The notes below the pieces were generated by a model. That model was not told the origin of the DNA and did no database searches. It was given only the letters and a program-made list of their open reading frames with translations. A stretch of 63,556 nt of DNA, from assembly GCA_029838195.1 (NCBI GenBank), contig JALGVJ010000021.1:1-63556 (forward strand), in the 5' to 3' direction. This DNA comes from Promethearchaeota archaeon (GTDB taxonomy: Archaea > Asgardarchaeota > Lokiarchaeia > Sigyniarchaeales > SOKP01). This document shows positions 51,340 to 62,233 of this stretch, piece after piece (position 1 is the stretch's first letter; each line of letters starts with the position of its first letter). The position numbers were made by a program, and so were the translations under genes.

Positions 51340-51978
51340 TCATGTTTCTGCAGTTTCAAGTGAAACCTCATAGAGTGGGATTTCCCTTCTTTTCTTCGAA
51401 TCGTATAAGGGCAAACCCGCTTTTTTTAAGAACTCCGCCTCCCTATATTTGAGAAGAACCACGCGGCATTCGCACGGAACCTTCATGCTTGCTACTCTAA
51501 GTCGATCCCGTACGATAGCGAGATTTTTCAAGGAAGTTCCAACATCCACGATGACGGATCCCACTCGCACCCGAGCACATACACCTGTAGCCCTTCCAAA
51601 TGATTTTCTCATGCCCGTTTGAACCCTGTCTGCTCCAGCAAATGCAAGCATTCTATTTTCCCTAATTTTATGGAAGGGTATGGGACGGATTCTCAAACGA
51701 AAATTTTGTCTTCCTAATTTCTTCATGAGCATTCCATTAATGGAAATACGAATTGCCTCTAAAGCATTGGATGATATTTGAACATTCCTAGTAACTATTA
51801 ATCCCACTACAAGATCCCATTCCTCCCAAGGAATGGATTTATTACCTCCCCAGTATCTCTGAATTTTTGATTGAGCTCCTCCTCGCGCATACTCTCGGCG
51901 ATGGTTTGCACTTCTTTTATGTTGATAAGGGCGTCTCGTCCAGCGGGAATAACACTTCCAAGGGCGTCTATGAGCCAT
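51340..51978 (-). CDS. rpl10e: 50S ribosomal protein uL16 (L10e)
   Basis: RPWKCY, QISSNALEAIRI, IRENRMLAFAGADRVQTGMRKSFGRATG..ARV. Confidence 0.96.
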   Translation of the reverse strand: MAHRRPWKCYSRWTRRPYQHKRSANHRREYARGGAQSKIQRYWGGNKSIPWEEWDLVVGLIVTRNVQISSNALEAIRISINGMLMKKLGRQNFRLRIRPIPFHKIRENRMLAFAGADRVQTGMRKSFGRATGVCARVRVGSVIVDVGTSLKNLAIVRDRLRVASMKVPCECRVVLLKYREAEFLKKAGLPLYDSKKRREIPLYEVSLETAET

Positions 51979-52243
51979 TTTTTTCACCAATTTTTTTTAT
52001 TTTTATGTCCATGTTACAATGGGACAATTTGTCAAAATTTTTAGTTAGAGTTAGAAAAAAAAACGATTCTTTAGAAAAAAAGTTTTTCATGAGAATTCAT
52101 TCAAGAGCCAATTTTAATTATATGGAGCATAAGCCATAAAAATTTATTGGTTCAAACACATTCATTCAATAAGATACTATGCGAATGGAAAGAGTAATGA
52201 CCCAATTAAAATTACTATTTTAAGTAAAAATTTCGAGAGAACC

Positions 52244-53380
52244 GTGATGGACGATTATCAAGTATTGGAGAAAAAAACGGAATTACTCTGTAAGGGGGTT
52301 TATTTAAATCCAGATCTCGTCACCTATTATCAAAAACAAGGGATAAATTTAGGGTATGGTAGAAAAGGAGGAGCTGGTCCGTTAGGGGGGAGATATTTTT
52401 TATTTAAAGATCAAACCCTCGTTAACGTGGCTCTATGGGATTCGAATGAGCATACAAATTTATCTTTGGGAGTAAAAAAAGGAGAGTTTTTTCAAGTGCT
52501 TGATCGGCACCAAAATAATGTTTTTGCTGAATTAATCTTGGTCAATAATCCAAGATTTTATGATCGCAAGACTAGCGATGGAATTGAGATGAAAAAAATC
52601 GCATTGGTACATGGAGTTGATTGCTTGGCTACCACCATCTATCAAAAATGCGCCTATTGGACATGCGGAGAAGCATGTAAATTCTGTGGAATTCAACTGT
52701 CTTTAGAAAATGGAGCAACTATAGAAGAAAAAACTCCTGAGCAACTCTCAGAAGTAATGGCCGCTGCAATAAAAGAGAATAGATGTTCTCATGCTACCTT
52801 AACCAGTGGAACGACCGCTGAAAAAGGGAAGGGCGCGTTACGATATGTCCAAATCCTTAAGAAATTAAAAAAGGATCATCCCACTATTCCCTTACACGTG
52901 CAAATCGAACCATTAAAAGATTTAGAATACATTAATGAGTTAAAATCAGCAGGAGCAGATACCATTGGCATTCATATTGAAATCTTTAATGAAAATTTAA
53001 GAAAACGGTTCACGCCCGGAAAGGCTCATGTTCCTCGCGACCAGTTTGAACGGAATTGGACCCATGCTTTAGATATTTTTGGTAAAAATCAAGTAGAAAC
53101 CTTTATCTTAGCTGGATTGGAAGATTTTAATGCGGATTTTATTCTTAATTTAGAGCACGTGATTTCCCTTGGTATTATTCCCTTTATCACGCCAGTACGC
53201 CCCATTCCTTCAAAAAAACCCATTGTTCCTCCACTCAACTATGAAAGGTTGTTAAAACTTTATGAATTAGCGGGAACCTTAATGAAAAATCATGGCGTAA
53301 ATCCACTAGAATTTAAAGCAGGCTGCGTGCGATGTGGAGGCTGTTCTGCCATTAAAGAAGCTTATAGAGCCGTGAGTTAA
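52244..53380 (+). CDS. Radical SAM protein, MSMEG_0568-like family
   Basis: KIALVHG.DCLATT..Q.C, CGEACKFC, KTPEQL.EV, PGKA, C-terminal KAGCVRCGGCS. Confidence 0.8.
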   Translation: MMDDYQVLEKKTELLCKGVYLNPDLVTYYQKQGINLGYGRKGGAGPLGGRYFLFKDQTLVNVALWDSNEHTNLSLGVKKGEFFQVLDRHQNNVFAELILVNNPRFYDRKTSDGIEMKKIALVHGVDCLATTIYQKCAYWTCGEACKFCGIQLSLENGATIEEKTPEQLSEVMAAAIKENRCSHATLTSGTTAEKGKGALRYVQILKKLKKDHPTIPLHVQIEPLKDLEYINELKSAGADTIGIHIEIFNENLRKRFTPGKAHVPRDQFERNWTHALDIFGKNQVETFILAGLEDFNADFILNLEHVISLGIIPFITPVRPIPSKKPIVPPLNYERLLKLYELAGTLMKNHGVNPLEFKAGCVRCGGCSAIKEAYRAVS

Positions 53381-53658
53381 CGGGTGATGAAACATGGAAA
53401 AAGTATTTGCTTATAAAATGAACCGTGATTAAGATTTTTTCAAGCTTATAATTGGAATTGAGTTGAATTTGATTTCTTATATAGTCCTTTCCTTGTTAAA
53501 ATGGGAATATTCCATTCTAATTCTTTTGTGGAATTTCGTGAAACGCCCCTTAGCCAGTTCACGATAGCATTAAAATGTAAATATCAATTAAAGAATGGAA
53601 AAAAATTATTAAGTATAGAATATTTCTTTCTTTGAATTATCTAAAGAAAGTGTTAATA

Positions 53659-55329
53659 ATGACCGAATTATCCGGAAAAGAAATAAAAGATCTCGAAGAA
53701 GCCAAAACAAAATGGGAAGAAGAATCTTATAGTGAAAAAGAAGCAAGAAGGTCTTTTAAGAATCTTTCTGATATTGAAATTGAACGGTTATACACGCCAC
53801 TTCATTTAAAGGATTTTAATTACATGGAACAATTAGGATTTCCGGGACAATATCCCTTCACGCGGGGTGCCTATCCTAACATGTACCGTGGTCGGCTTTG
53901 GACCATGCGCCAATTCGCTGGATTTGGCACGGCAGAGCAAACGAATAAAAGATATAAATTTTTACTTGAAAATGGTCAAACAGGATTGAGTGTAGCTTTT
54001 AGCCTCCATACTATTTATGGTTATGAAGCGACGGATGAGAGAGCCTTAGGAGAAATCGGAAAAGAAGGCGTTTCCATAGATACTTTAAAAGACATGGAAA
54101 TCTTATTTGATGGGATAGATTTATCGAAAATCTCAACGTCCATGACCATTAACGGCCCTGCTTCCATTTTACTCGCCATGTACATCGCTGTTGCGGAAAA
54201 ACAAGGTCATTCTCCCGACCAATTAAGAGGTACTATTCAAAATGATATTTTAAAAGAATATATCGCTCAAAAATCGTGGATTTTCCCCCCTGAACAATCC
54301 ATGAGACTAATTGTGGACACGATTGAATATTGTACAAGGTACGTACCTCAATGGTATACGATTTCCATTAGCGGATATCACATTCGGGAAGCAGGGGCAA
54401 CAGCCGTCCAAGAACTGGCTTTCACCTTGGCCGACGGGTTTGCTTATGTTGAAGCGGCGATGGAACGAGGGCTCAATGTTGATGATTTCGCTCCCCGTTT
54501 ATCTTTTTTCTTCAATGCACATAATAATTTTTTTGAGGAAATATGTAAATATCGCGCGGCCAGGAGAATTTGGGCCCGTCACATGAAAGAAAAATATGGG
54601 GCAAAAAAATTAGAATCCATGCGATTACGATTTCACACTCAAACAGCTGGCGTGTCTCTTACTGCCCAAGAGCCGGAAAATAATATTGTTCGTGTCACGC
54701 TTCAAGCTTTAGCTGCCGTGCTCGGAGGAACTCAATCGCTTCATACCAATTCGCATGATGAAGCTCTTTGCTTGCCTACCGAAAAAGCCGTAAAAATTGC
54801 CTTGAGAACCCAACAGATCATTGCCCACGAATCAGGGGTCATTGATACTGTTGATCCACTTGCTGGTTCTTATTATGTCGAATGGCTTACAAACAAGATG
54901 GAAGAAGAGGCGGAAAAATATTTCGATAAAATTGAAAATTTAGGGGGCGTCATTCCTGCCATCAAGGCAAATTTTTTTCAGAAAGAAATTGCTAATGCTT
55001 CCTATAAATATCAACAAGAAGTCGAAAATGGAGAGCGCATTATCGTGGGTGTTAACCAGTTCAAACTCAGAGAACCTTGTTCTGTCCCCATCCTGAAAAT
55101 CGATGAAGAAGTGGCTAAAAAGCAAATAGAACGATTAATCGAAGTAAAATCCCAAAGAGATAATTCTGCCGTAAAAAGAGCCTTAGAAGATTTAAAACGA
55201 GCCGCCATGGGCGAGGAAAATTTAATGCCTTACATTTTAAAAGCCGTGAAAACTTATGCCTCAATAGGGGAAATCATTAATCAATTAAAAGAAGTATTTG
55301 GCACCTATCAAGAGGATTCTATTTTTTAA
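53659..55329 (+). CDS. Adenosylcobalamin-dependent acyl-CoA mutase large subunit, isobutyryl-CoA-mutase-type signature
   Basis: [61 protein letters not shown]. Confidence 0.92.
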   Translation: MTELSGKEIKDLEEAKTKWEEESYSEKEARRSFKNLSDIEIERLYTPLHLKDFNYMEQLGFPGQYPFTRGAYPNMYRGRLWTMRQFAGFGTAEQTNKRYKFLLENGQTGLSVAFSLHTIYGYEATDERALGEIGKEGVSIDTLKDMEILFDGIDLSKISTSMTINGPASILLAMYIAVAEKQGHSPDQLRGTIQNDILKEYIAQKSWIFPPEQSMRLIVDTIEYCTRYVPQWYTISISGYHIREAGATAVQELAFTLADGFAYVEAAMERGLNVDDFAPRLSFFFNAHNNFFEEICKYRAARRIWARHMKEKYGAKKLESMRLRFHTQTAGVSLTAQEPENNIVRVTLQALAAVLGGTQSLHTNSHDEALCLPTEKAVKIALRTQQIIAHESGVIDTVDPLAGSYYVEWLTNKMEEEAEKYFDKIENLGGVIPAIKANFFQKEIANASYKYQQEVENGERIIVGVNQFKLREPCSVPILKIDEEVAKKQIERLIEVKSQRDNSAVKRALEDLKRAAMGEENLMPYILKAVKTYASIGEIINQLKEVFGTYQEDSIF

Positions 55330-55676
55330 TTTATTCCCGATTTTTTCTGCCCCGCTCCCGCTCGACTTTTTCATTTTCTGCTTGTAATTTTTGGTTTTTC
55401 TTAAAAGGTCATGATAAATTATTTCGGTTTTAATCTCCCATTGAGAATGAAGTGCGTTGATTTTTTAAACGGGAAAGATTTAAAAGAAAACACGTAAGAA
55501 CCTAAAAGAACTCTTGAAATTTGTCTCCTCATTTCGCAACTATTACCTTGACAAATTTTTTCCATTCTTAATTCTTTCATAATTCTTTATCTTAATGAAA
55601 TTTAATAAAATTCTAATTAGTTCTATTTTTTTTATGCACATCAATTAGTAACCCAACATCATTTTTCACGGATAAA

Positions 55677-56075
55677 ATGAAAGAAAGAAGAATTAAAGTG
55701 CTGGTTTGCAAGCCGGGCCTTGATGGGCATGACAGGGGCGCTAAAGTTATTGCAAGAGCGCTACGAGATGCTGGCATGGAAGTTATTTATACTGGGCTCC
55801 ATCAAACGCCCAATGATATCGTAAATACCATTATCCAAGAAGATCCTGATGCCGTGTTGTTAAGCATTTTATCAGGAGCCCATAAAGCTTTATGCCCTCT
55901 TATCATGGAAAAACTTAAAGAAAATGGGATTGATGATGTTTTAGTTGCAGTGGGTGGCATCATTCCCGATGAAGATAAACCTTTTTTAGAACAGCATGGT
56001 TTAAAGGGATTTCATGGACCGGGCACGCCTCTGAAGGAAATTGTAAAGTTTGTTCAAGAAAACGTGAAAAGATAA
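55677..56075 (+). CDS. Cobalamin-binding small subunit of acyl-CoA mutase
   Basis: KPGLDGHDRGAK, LSILSGAH, GGIIP, GPGT. Confidence 0.95.
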   Translation: MKERRIKVLVCKPGLDGHDRGAKVIARALRDAGMEVIYTGLHQTPNDIVNTIIQEDPDAVLLSILSGAHKALCPLIMEKLKENGIDDVLVAVGGIIPDEDKPFLEQHGLKGFHGPGTPLKEIVKFVQENVKR

Positions 56076-56080
56076 AGAAC

Positions 56081-57079
56081 ATGGATTTTCAAAGCTTAAT
56101 TGATGGATTATTAAAAGGAGATGCGCGTTCCGCTGCACGCTTAATGACATTAGTAGAAAATGATATTGAATTAGCTGAAAAAGTGATAAATTCAATTTAT
56201 GACAAGACAGGAAATGCCTACGTTCTAGGGATAACGGGAGCCCCAGGAAGCGGAAAGAGCACCTTTATTGCGGCCCTTACCAAGAAACTGATTGCGTTAA
56301 GGAAAAAAATTGGAATCATATGTATTGATCCTTCCTCTCCATTAACGGGAGGTGCTCTATTAGGGGACAGAATTCGAATGAAGGAAAGTTTTTCCGTGAA
56401 AAATGTTTTTATTCGAAGCATGGCAAATAGAGGCCAGCTAGGAGGGTTGTCAAGAGCGACAGAGGATGTCATTAAGATTCTTGATGCGTATGGATGCGAT
56501 ATTATAATTATTGAAACAGTAGGCGTTGGACAAAGTGAAGTTGATATTTTCCACTCTGCAGCAACGGTTCTCGTGCTATTGGTGCCAGGATTGGGAGATG
56601 ATATTCAAACCATTAAAGCGGGAATCATGGAAATCACGGATATATTTGTAGTAAATAAAATGGACTTACCTGGCGCAGATAGGAAAGTAGCAGAGATTCA
56701 ACAAATGTTAGAATTGAACTTGAAATATCGATATGAAAACCATGATAACCAAAAATCATCCGAAAAAGGGAATCATTGGATACCTGAAATTCTCAAAGTA
56801 AATTCGTTGACTGGAGAGAATTTTGATGAGCTCATGAAAGCCATTGAGAGGCATCGTAATTTTTTAAACCAAAGCGGATTAATATCCAAATACTTAGAAA
56901 ATCGAATAAAAAGTGAAACCAGACAAATCGTAAAATACAAATTAATAAAAAAAATAGAAGAGCTTCTTGAAAAGGATGATAAAATAGATGCTTACATGAG
57001 AGAAGTCAAAAATAAATCTTTAGATCCTTATTCCATGGCAAATAAAATTATTAAATTATTAGAGAATCCCAAATCATGA
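56081..57079 (+). CDS. meaB: MeaB/ArgK GTPase metallochaperone
   Basis: GITGAPGSGKST, DPSSP.TGGALLGDRIRM, FIRSMA.RG.LGG, ETVGVGQSE, KAGIME, VNKMD. Confidence 0.95.
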   Translation: MDFQSLIDGLLKGDARSAARLMTLVENDIELAEKVINSIYDKTGNAYVLGITGAPGSGKSTFIAALTKKLIALRKKIGIICIDPSSPLTGGALLGDRIRMKESFSVKNVFIRSMANRGQLGGLSRATEDVIKILDAYGCDIIIIETVGVGQSEVDIFHSAATVLVLLVPGLGDDIQTIKAGIMEITDIFVVNKMDLPGADRKVAEIQQMLELNLKYRYENHDNQKSSEKGNHWIPEILKVNSLTGENFDELMKAIERHRNFLNQSGLISKYLENRIKSETRQIVKYKLIKKIEELLEKDDKIDAYMREVKNKSLDPYSMANKIIKLLENPKS

Positions 57080-57885
57080 ATTGGCAAGGAACTGAGGGCC
57101 GCAAGAAGAAAATGAATAACGACTACTTGATCGTTGCCGGAGGTGGAAAATTTGGCGAGATTGCGGTTAAATACGCCCTTAAAAAAGGATATAAAACGCT
57201 TTTAATAGATGCTAATTCTGATTGTAAGGCCGCAAAACATGCAGTTTTCCAAACGGATGATTTGGAAGAATTTTTATCCAAATTAGATTCCGTGAATGAA
57301 GGTACGATGATTTTTTTAAATTCGGATATTGCGGCAATTAATAGCATGGTGAAGTGCGTGACCCCAGAATTTATTATTCCGGTACTTCCCGTGCATTTAT
57401 TATTGGTTTTAATAAAAAATTTTTTAGTTGAGCATGGAATTCGATTAAAGGCCTCCCCAGAACTCGCTAAATCTTATCTTGATTTAATGAAAAAAGAATT
57501 TATCTTAGGTGTTAATTTTGAACAAGGAGTAATTTATTTATCACATGCAAGGCTAACAGAAATTTGCCCCGACTATTGCCCGGGACCTCCTACCTTTTGC
57601 CCTCATTTTAAACGTGAAAAATCCATCCCCATGATTACCTATCTTAAAAATCTCTTGGACACGCCTGATTTGATTAGAGTGGAAGAGAATGAAGATTCAC
57701 GGTTTTGCGTGGTCGCAGAAAGTCATCAAATAATACCAGGTTTAGGAGGTTTTTTAGGTACTGAAATAGAATTCATTTTAAATGCACTTACGAGTTCTTT
57801 ACGTCGTATAAAAAAACAAACTCAATTTATAATCTCTACCGCATGTAATTGTCATGGGATCGTTCATTTCATGAAAGTAGTTTAA
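57076..57885 (+). CDS. Rossmann-fold (NAD-binding) protein with Cys-rich C-terminal domain, function unknown
   Basis: IVAGGGKFG; CPDYCPGP..FCP; SHQ..PGLGG; STACNCHG; ATGA overlap with the meaB stop (alternative start 57112). Confidence 0.7.
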   Translation: MNWQGTEGRKKKMNNDYLIVAGGGKFGEIAVKYALKKGYKTLLIDANSDCKAAKHAVFQTDDLEEFLSKLDSVNEGTMIFLNSDIAAINSMVKCVTPEFIIPVLPVHLLLVLIKNFLVEHGIRLKASPELAKSYLDLMKKEFILGVNFEQGVIYLSHARLTEICPDYCPGPPTFCPHFKREKSIPMITYLKNLLDTPDLIRVEENEDSRFCVVAESHQIIPGLGGFLGTEIEFILNALTSSLRRIKKQTQFIISTACNCHGIVHFMKVV

Positions 57886-57989
57886 AATAAAAATAAATCG
57901 AAATTTCATGCAATGAAATAAAAATAATTTAAAAATGAAATAGATTGCTTGCTTTCCTTTTAGAACATTCTAAATATTTTTTTTTAGAA

Positions 57990-58919
57990 TTAATTCTTGT
58001 TTTCACTCTTTTCTCTTTTAAACTCACTCAGATGTTTAAATCTTCCTCCGAGTATGTTCACCATATCTGAAGGGACAATAATCCAAGCTCCCTTTTCTTT
58101 CATTGATTCATAAAGTATGTTCATTGCTCTCAAATTTAATGCCACCTCATCACTTTCATAAATATGAGCTGCATTAATGAATTTATTCGCAATTTGCTCT
58201 TCTGAGCTTGCTAAAATTATGCGTGCCATGCGCTCTCTTTCTGCCTGAGCTTGTCGGCTCATTGCATCTTGTAATGCATTAGGGATGACAACATCTCTAA
58301 TTTCTACTGAAATTGATTTCACGCCCCACTCTTCCGTGCGCTCATCAATGATTTTCTCAAGTTCATGAGACATTTCTTCACGACCTATTAGCATTTGACT
58401 TAATTCTGTTTTTCCAATAATATCGCGTAGAGATGTTTGAGCTGCCCATGAAATCGCCGTTTTATAATCTTGTACTCGCATCGATGCTTTAAATGGATCA
58501 ATTACTTGCCAAAATAACACCGCATCCACATTGACTGGTACATTATCTTTTGTTAGGGTTTGCTCCGCAGAAAAAGTCGTAGTGATTATTCGGATATCTA
58601 AAGAAAAAGGGATCTTATATACAAAAGGAACTAACCAAATCAAGCCGGGACCACGCATTTTCCTAAATTTACCTAATAATAAAGTAGGAACCCGAATCCA
58701 CTCAGGAATTATATATATTCCCGTGCAAAAGAAACCCATGACGAGGAGCAAGATGATAATAATAATTAAGGTTATCGTCACATGAAATCCAAAAAGCATG
58801 CTTCCAATTAAAAACCCGATCAAAAATATTAAGCCTAAAATAAAAAGGAAATATCCTAGGCCACGTAGAAGGTTTCCCCCTATAAAATTTTTACTTTGAT
58901 TTAGAGACATATTTATCAT
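57990..58919 (-). CDS. SPFH/band-7 stomatin-like (slipin) protein
   Basis: GPGL, LTKDNVPVNVDAV, AQTSLRDIIG, WGV..VEIRDV, AMSRQAQAERE. Confidence 0.93.
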   Translation of the reverse strand: MINMSLNQSKNFIGGNLLRGLGYFLFILGLIFLIGFLIGSMLFGFHVTITLIIIIILLLVMGFFCTGIYIIPEWIRVPTLLLGKFRKMRGPGLIWLVPFVYKIPFSLDIRIITTTFSAEQTLTKDNVPVNVDAVLFWQVIDPFKASMRVQDYKTAISWAAQTSLRDIIGKTELSQMLIGREEMSHELEKIIDERTEEWGVKSISVEIRDVVIPNALQDAMSRQAQAERERMARIILASSEEQIANKFINAAHIYESDEVALNLRAMNILYESMKEKGAWIIVPSDMVNILGGRFKHLSEFKREKSENKN

Positions 58920-59144
58920 GTTATAAATTTTAAATCAAATATTAATATCTATCGATTTCAAATTATTTGTTTCAATATAATCATGCTTGTAGGGAAATCA
59001 TATTATTAATAAAATTATATCCTTCAAATTAAACTAATTTTAGCTAATGAAGATTTATTAAAATACGAAAATAAAGGAGGAAATTCGGTACAAGAGCTAA
59101 ATTCTCGAAAATCTATAGCTTTATGGAGAATACCATCCAATTAT

Positions 59145-59591
59145 TTATACTTTTTCAAATAATTTTATGCGAAGATTATATTGCTTGGGACTATTGGGAC
59201 AGTTTAATTCACAGCACGCAGGAAGATAAGAATAGACTTCAAATCGGTCGGAGGGAACTAATAAATACATTAAAGAATGAATTAGAACACAGCTTTTATT
59301 AATTTGTTCCAAGGGACCATCACAGAGTGCCTTCTTATGTTCTTGCTTATTAACAAACAAGCATAGCCCATCTCGAGGATAAAACCCAAATAAAAATTGA
59401 AATTTAGGAATGACGGGAAACCGTTCGCTTTCCACCTTCCGCTGGTATTCAATAGTAATATTATTAAAGGTTAAAGTAAATTGTAAGGCTTTATAAGAAT
59501 CCGTGATTTTGTCTTTCTCTGAAATTTCATGGATGATGAAATCCCGAGATACTGCTTTATCAATTAAATTTTCTAATTCTTTATTGAGCAT
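59145..59591 (-). CDS. Hypothetical protein
   Basis: 148 aa ORF directly downstream of the co-oriented 59597-59863 gene; several Cys/His. Confidence 0.55.
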   Translation of the reverse strand: MLNKELENLIDKAVSRDFIIHEISEKDKITDSYKALQFTLTFNNITIEYQRKVESERFPVIPKFQFLFGFYPRDGLCLFVNKQEHKKALCDGPLEQINKSCVLIHSLMYLLVPSDRFEVYSYLPACCELNCPNSPKQYNLRIKLFEKV

Positions 59592-59596
59592 TTAAC

Positions 59597-59863
59597 TTAT
59601 TTTTTCTTTTTTTCCTTCTTTGGATCAATCCATTCTGAAAAAATTTCGGTGATCATGAGAGATTGCCCCTCATTACATTTTGGACATGATTCTCCCGAGA
59701 GCTTTTTAAAGGTATAATCCCCCTTCTTGAATTCTCTCGTATAGTTTTCATGGCAGTTCCCGCATTTCACCACCGTGTTGATCTTTTCGTAAAACCGCTT
59801 CTTTCGGGTAATGGCATCAATACCTATGTCTGGAATAGGAGGGAGTTGAGGTTCTTCTGACAT
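59597..59863 (-). CDS. Small Zn-ribbon protein
   Basis: CGNC...REFKKGDY.F....CPKC...I.EIF. Confidence 0.75.
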   Translation of the reverse strand: MSEEPQLPPIPDIGIDAITRKKRFYEKINTVVKCGNCHENYTREFKKGDYTFKKLSGESCPKCNEGQSLMITEIFSEWIDPKKEKKKK

Positions 59864-60116
59864 TTTGTGTAGTTCTCTTTTTTTCTTGTTATAATTTAAT
59901 CATTTATTTTTCTATATACATAATAATGGAATATAAAGATAAAACCTTACTCATTATTAAATAAAAAAAGATTATCCGTGATGTATGAGTAAAAAGTAGG
60001 GAAATAACAAGAATGAACGAGTTACTCCATTACATGGTCCAATAGGTTCAATTGTTCTCTAAAAAAATGTTGATTTAGTTCATGATTTATTATATTCTCA
60101 CTCGTGTTCTATATGT

Positions 60117-61052
60117 TTAGTTTCCCTCTTTTTTGACATTTTCTTTTTTTGGTTCTTCATCGTTCTCAGTTATATTAGAGGCAGATTCTTGAATGGTTTC
60201 TTTCGAAGGAATTTCCTCCGATTTTTCTTTTTCTTCGGTTGACTGGTCCATTTCTTTCAATTTTTCTTTTTCGAATTCTTTTCCTCCTCCCTTTTCTGTT
60301 GATACTTCCTTTTGTTCCGATTCTTTTTCGGCAGGTTTATCTGCCGGTTCAGGTTCAGGAGGTTTTGGCTTTTTTGAAATGATGACTTTAGCATATCGTA
60401 TTACATCTTTACCGATTTTCCATCCTTCTTGAATTACGTCGATGATACTGTTATTGGGAAGATCTTCCCGTTCAATTGAACTTAAGGCCTCATGTAAGCT
60501 ATAATCAAAGGGATCATTCTTCTTTGTATTCATGGGTTTAGCGTCGTAAGAACGCAAGATCCCCATAAATTGCTGATAAAATCCCTTGAGGTGATGATTT
60601 TCCGGATTATCATTTTCTAAAGCTTTTTGAAAGGAATCATATAACGGCAAGAAACTCTGAATCACGTTAGCAATAGTCTGAGTTCTAAGGACTTGCTTTG
60701 CCTTGTCCCAGCGTTTCTGAGCATTCTCGAATTCCGCTTGGAGATGAATGTATCTATCTTGCCACTTTTTTTTCTCTTCTTGTTCTTTTTCTAGCGTTTT
60801 TTTCAAAGCGTCTATATCGGATTGTAACTTTTTTATTCGAGCTTCCAACTCATTACATTTTTTTACCAAATCATCTTTTGAAAAGAATTCTAAAACGCCG
60901 TGTTCTTTTTCCTCCAACAGTTTTATATCCTCCTTTTTTTCTCTCGATTTCTTCTTAATAGCCTCATCTGATTTTTTTTTAGAAGCTTCTTTTTTCTCAT
61001 CAGATTTATTTCCTTGCTTAGTTTTTTTTTCCTCTTTTTTTCCTTCCGTCAT
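60117..61052 (-). CDS. grpE: Nucleotide exchange factor GrpE with long charged N- and C-terminal tails
   Basis: LQAEFENAQKR, FLPLYDSF..AL, FD...HEA, IIDVIQEGW......IRYAKVII. Confidence 0.92.
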   Translation of the reverse strand: MTEGKKEEKKTKQGNKSDEKKEASKKKSDEAIKKKSREKKEDIKLLEEKEHGVLEFFSKDDLVKKCNELEARIKKLQSDIDALKKTLEKEQEEKKKWQDRYIHLQAEFENAQKRWDKAKQVLRTQTIANVIQSFLPLYDSFQKALENDNPENHHLKGFYQQFMGILRSYDAKPMNTKKNDPFDYSLHEALSSIEREDLPNNSIIDVIQEGWKIGKDVIRYAKVIISKKPKPPEPEPADKPAEKESEQKEVSTEKGGGKEFEKEKLKEMDQSTEEKEKSEEIPSKETIQESASNITENDEEPKKENVKKEGN

Positions 61053-61447
61053 TAGAAACCCCTTTACCTGTTTTTGATTTATTAGTGATGTCTTACTAAT
61101 AAGTAATAATGGAAAAATTAAAAATTTAATTAATATAAGCTCTTAAGCTCTTATTCACGATGATTTAACCTTAAATATTTATTATTTTAATGGATTTCAT
61201 AAAAATAGAGCATTGTAGAAATATTTAGTGCATCGTCCCTTGTTTAATAATGTTTCTTAATCTTTTACCATCTAAATCGGGATTATTCATGAAGGAATAA
61301 GTGCTCGATTTGTTCAATCTTCACTGAATTCAACTGATTTTTAAGATTTCTTCCACGACGTTCTAAACCCATCCTTAGAGTAAAAATACTCGTTTAAAGA
61401 ACATGTTCGGAATTAAAAATATAACGTGTTGTAATTTATTTTTACAC

Positions 61448-62233
61448 ATGACCCAAGCAAACTATAAAAAAGTAAAACGTAAGATCATTAAGATTGATGA
61501 AGAGCTCTGCACGGGATGCGGAAATTGCGTGGTGGCATGCGCCGAAGGCGCTTTAGCGATAATTGATGGAAAAGCAAAAGTGATAAATGAAGTATTTTGC
61601 GACGGGCTTGGGGCATGTATTGGTGAATGTCCGGAAGGCGCTCTCACAATTGAGGAACGGGAAGCATTGGAATTTGATGAAGAAGCGGTAGACGAACATC
61701 TTGAACGCATGAAACAACAAGAAGAAGATATCGATTCCACGATAAAACAAGCGTTAAGCGAGGGAACTCATTCTCATTCATGTAATTGTCCCTCCTCTCA
61801 ACCCATTGTATATGATAATCCATGGGAAGAGGGAGCTGTATCAGGAGAAATTCCTTCTGCCCTCCGGCAATGGCCGGCAAAATTAACTTTAGTCGCGCCA
61901 ACGGCGCCTTATTTCAATCAAGAAGAATTACTCATTATCGCAGATTGTGCTCCAGTGGCTTTTGGAGATTTTCATCGCACATTCATGAAAGGAAAACCTC
62001 TCGTGACGACATGTCCCATGCTAAGTTTAAAAGAACAAGATCTACAGAAATTAGAAGACATTTTACGAGCGAATCCCATTAAACGCATTGAATTAATTCT
62101 CATGGAAGTCCCTTGCTGCCAAAAAATTAAATTATTTTTAGAACCCATTCTTTCAAAAATAGATCGCTCGATAACGGTGGAAGAAAAAATCATTAGCCGG
62201 GATGGAAAACTGATCAAACCAGGGGCCGTTTAA
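61448..62233 (+). CDS. 4Fe-4S ferredoxin-domain protein
   Basis: CTGCGNCVVACAEGA, CDGLGACIGECP, SALRQWP..L.LV, ADC, CP, MEVPCC. Confidence 0.88.
   Translation: MTQANYKKVKRKIIKIDEELCTGCGNCVVACAEGALAIIDGKAKVINEVFCDGLGACIGECPEGALTIEEREALEFDEEAVDEHLERMKQQEEDIDSTIKQALSEGTHSHSCNCPSSQPIVYDNPWEEGAVSGEIPSALRQWPAKLTLVAPTAPYFNQEELLIIADCAPVAFGDFHRTFMKGKPLVTTCPMLSLKEQDLQKLEDILRANPIKRIELILMEVPCCQKIKLFLEPILSKIDRSITVEEKIISRDGKLIKPGAV

Noticed and set aside
53400-53640. Cobalamin riboswitch upstream of the B12 mutase; inverted repeat TCGTGAA/TTCACGA at 53536-53564
   Set aside because: No B12-box or other riboswitch consensus; a 7-bp inverted repeat alone is too weak to call
60117-61052. Purine/pyrimidine-skewed repetitive-looking DNA in grpE
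   Set aside because: Explained by Lys/Glu-rich coding tails; no discrete repeat unit
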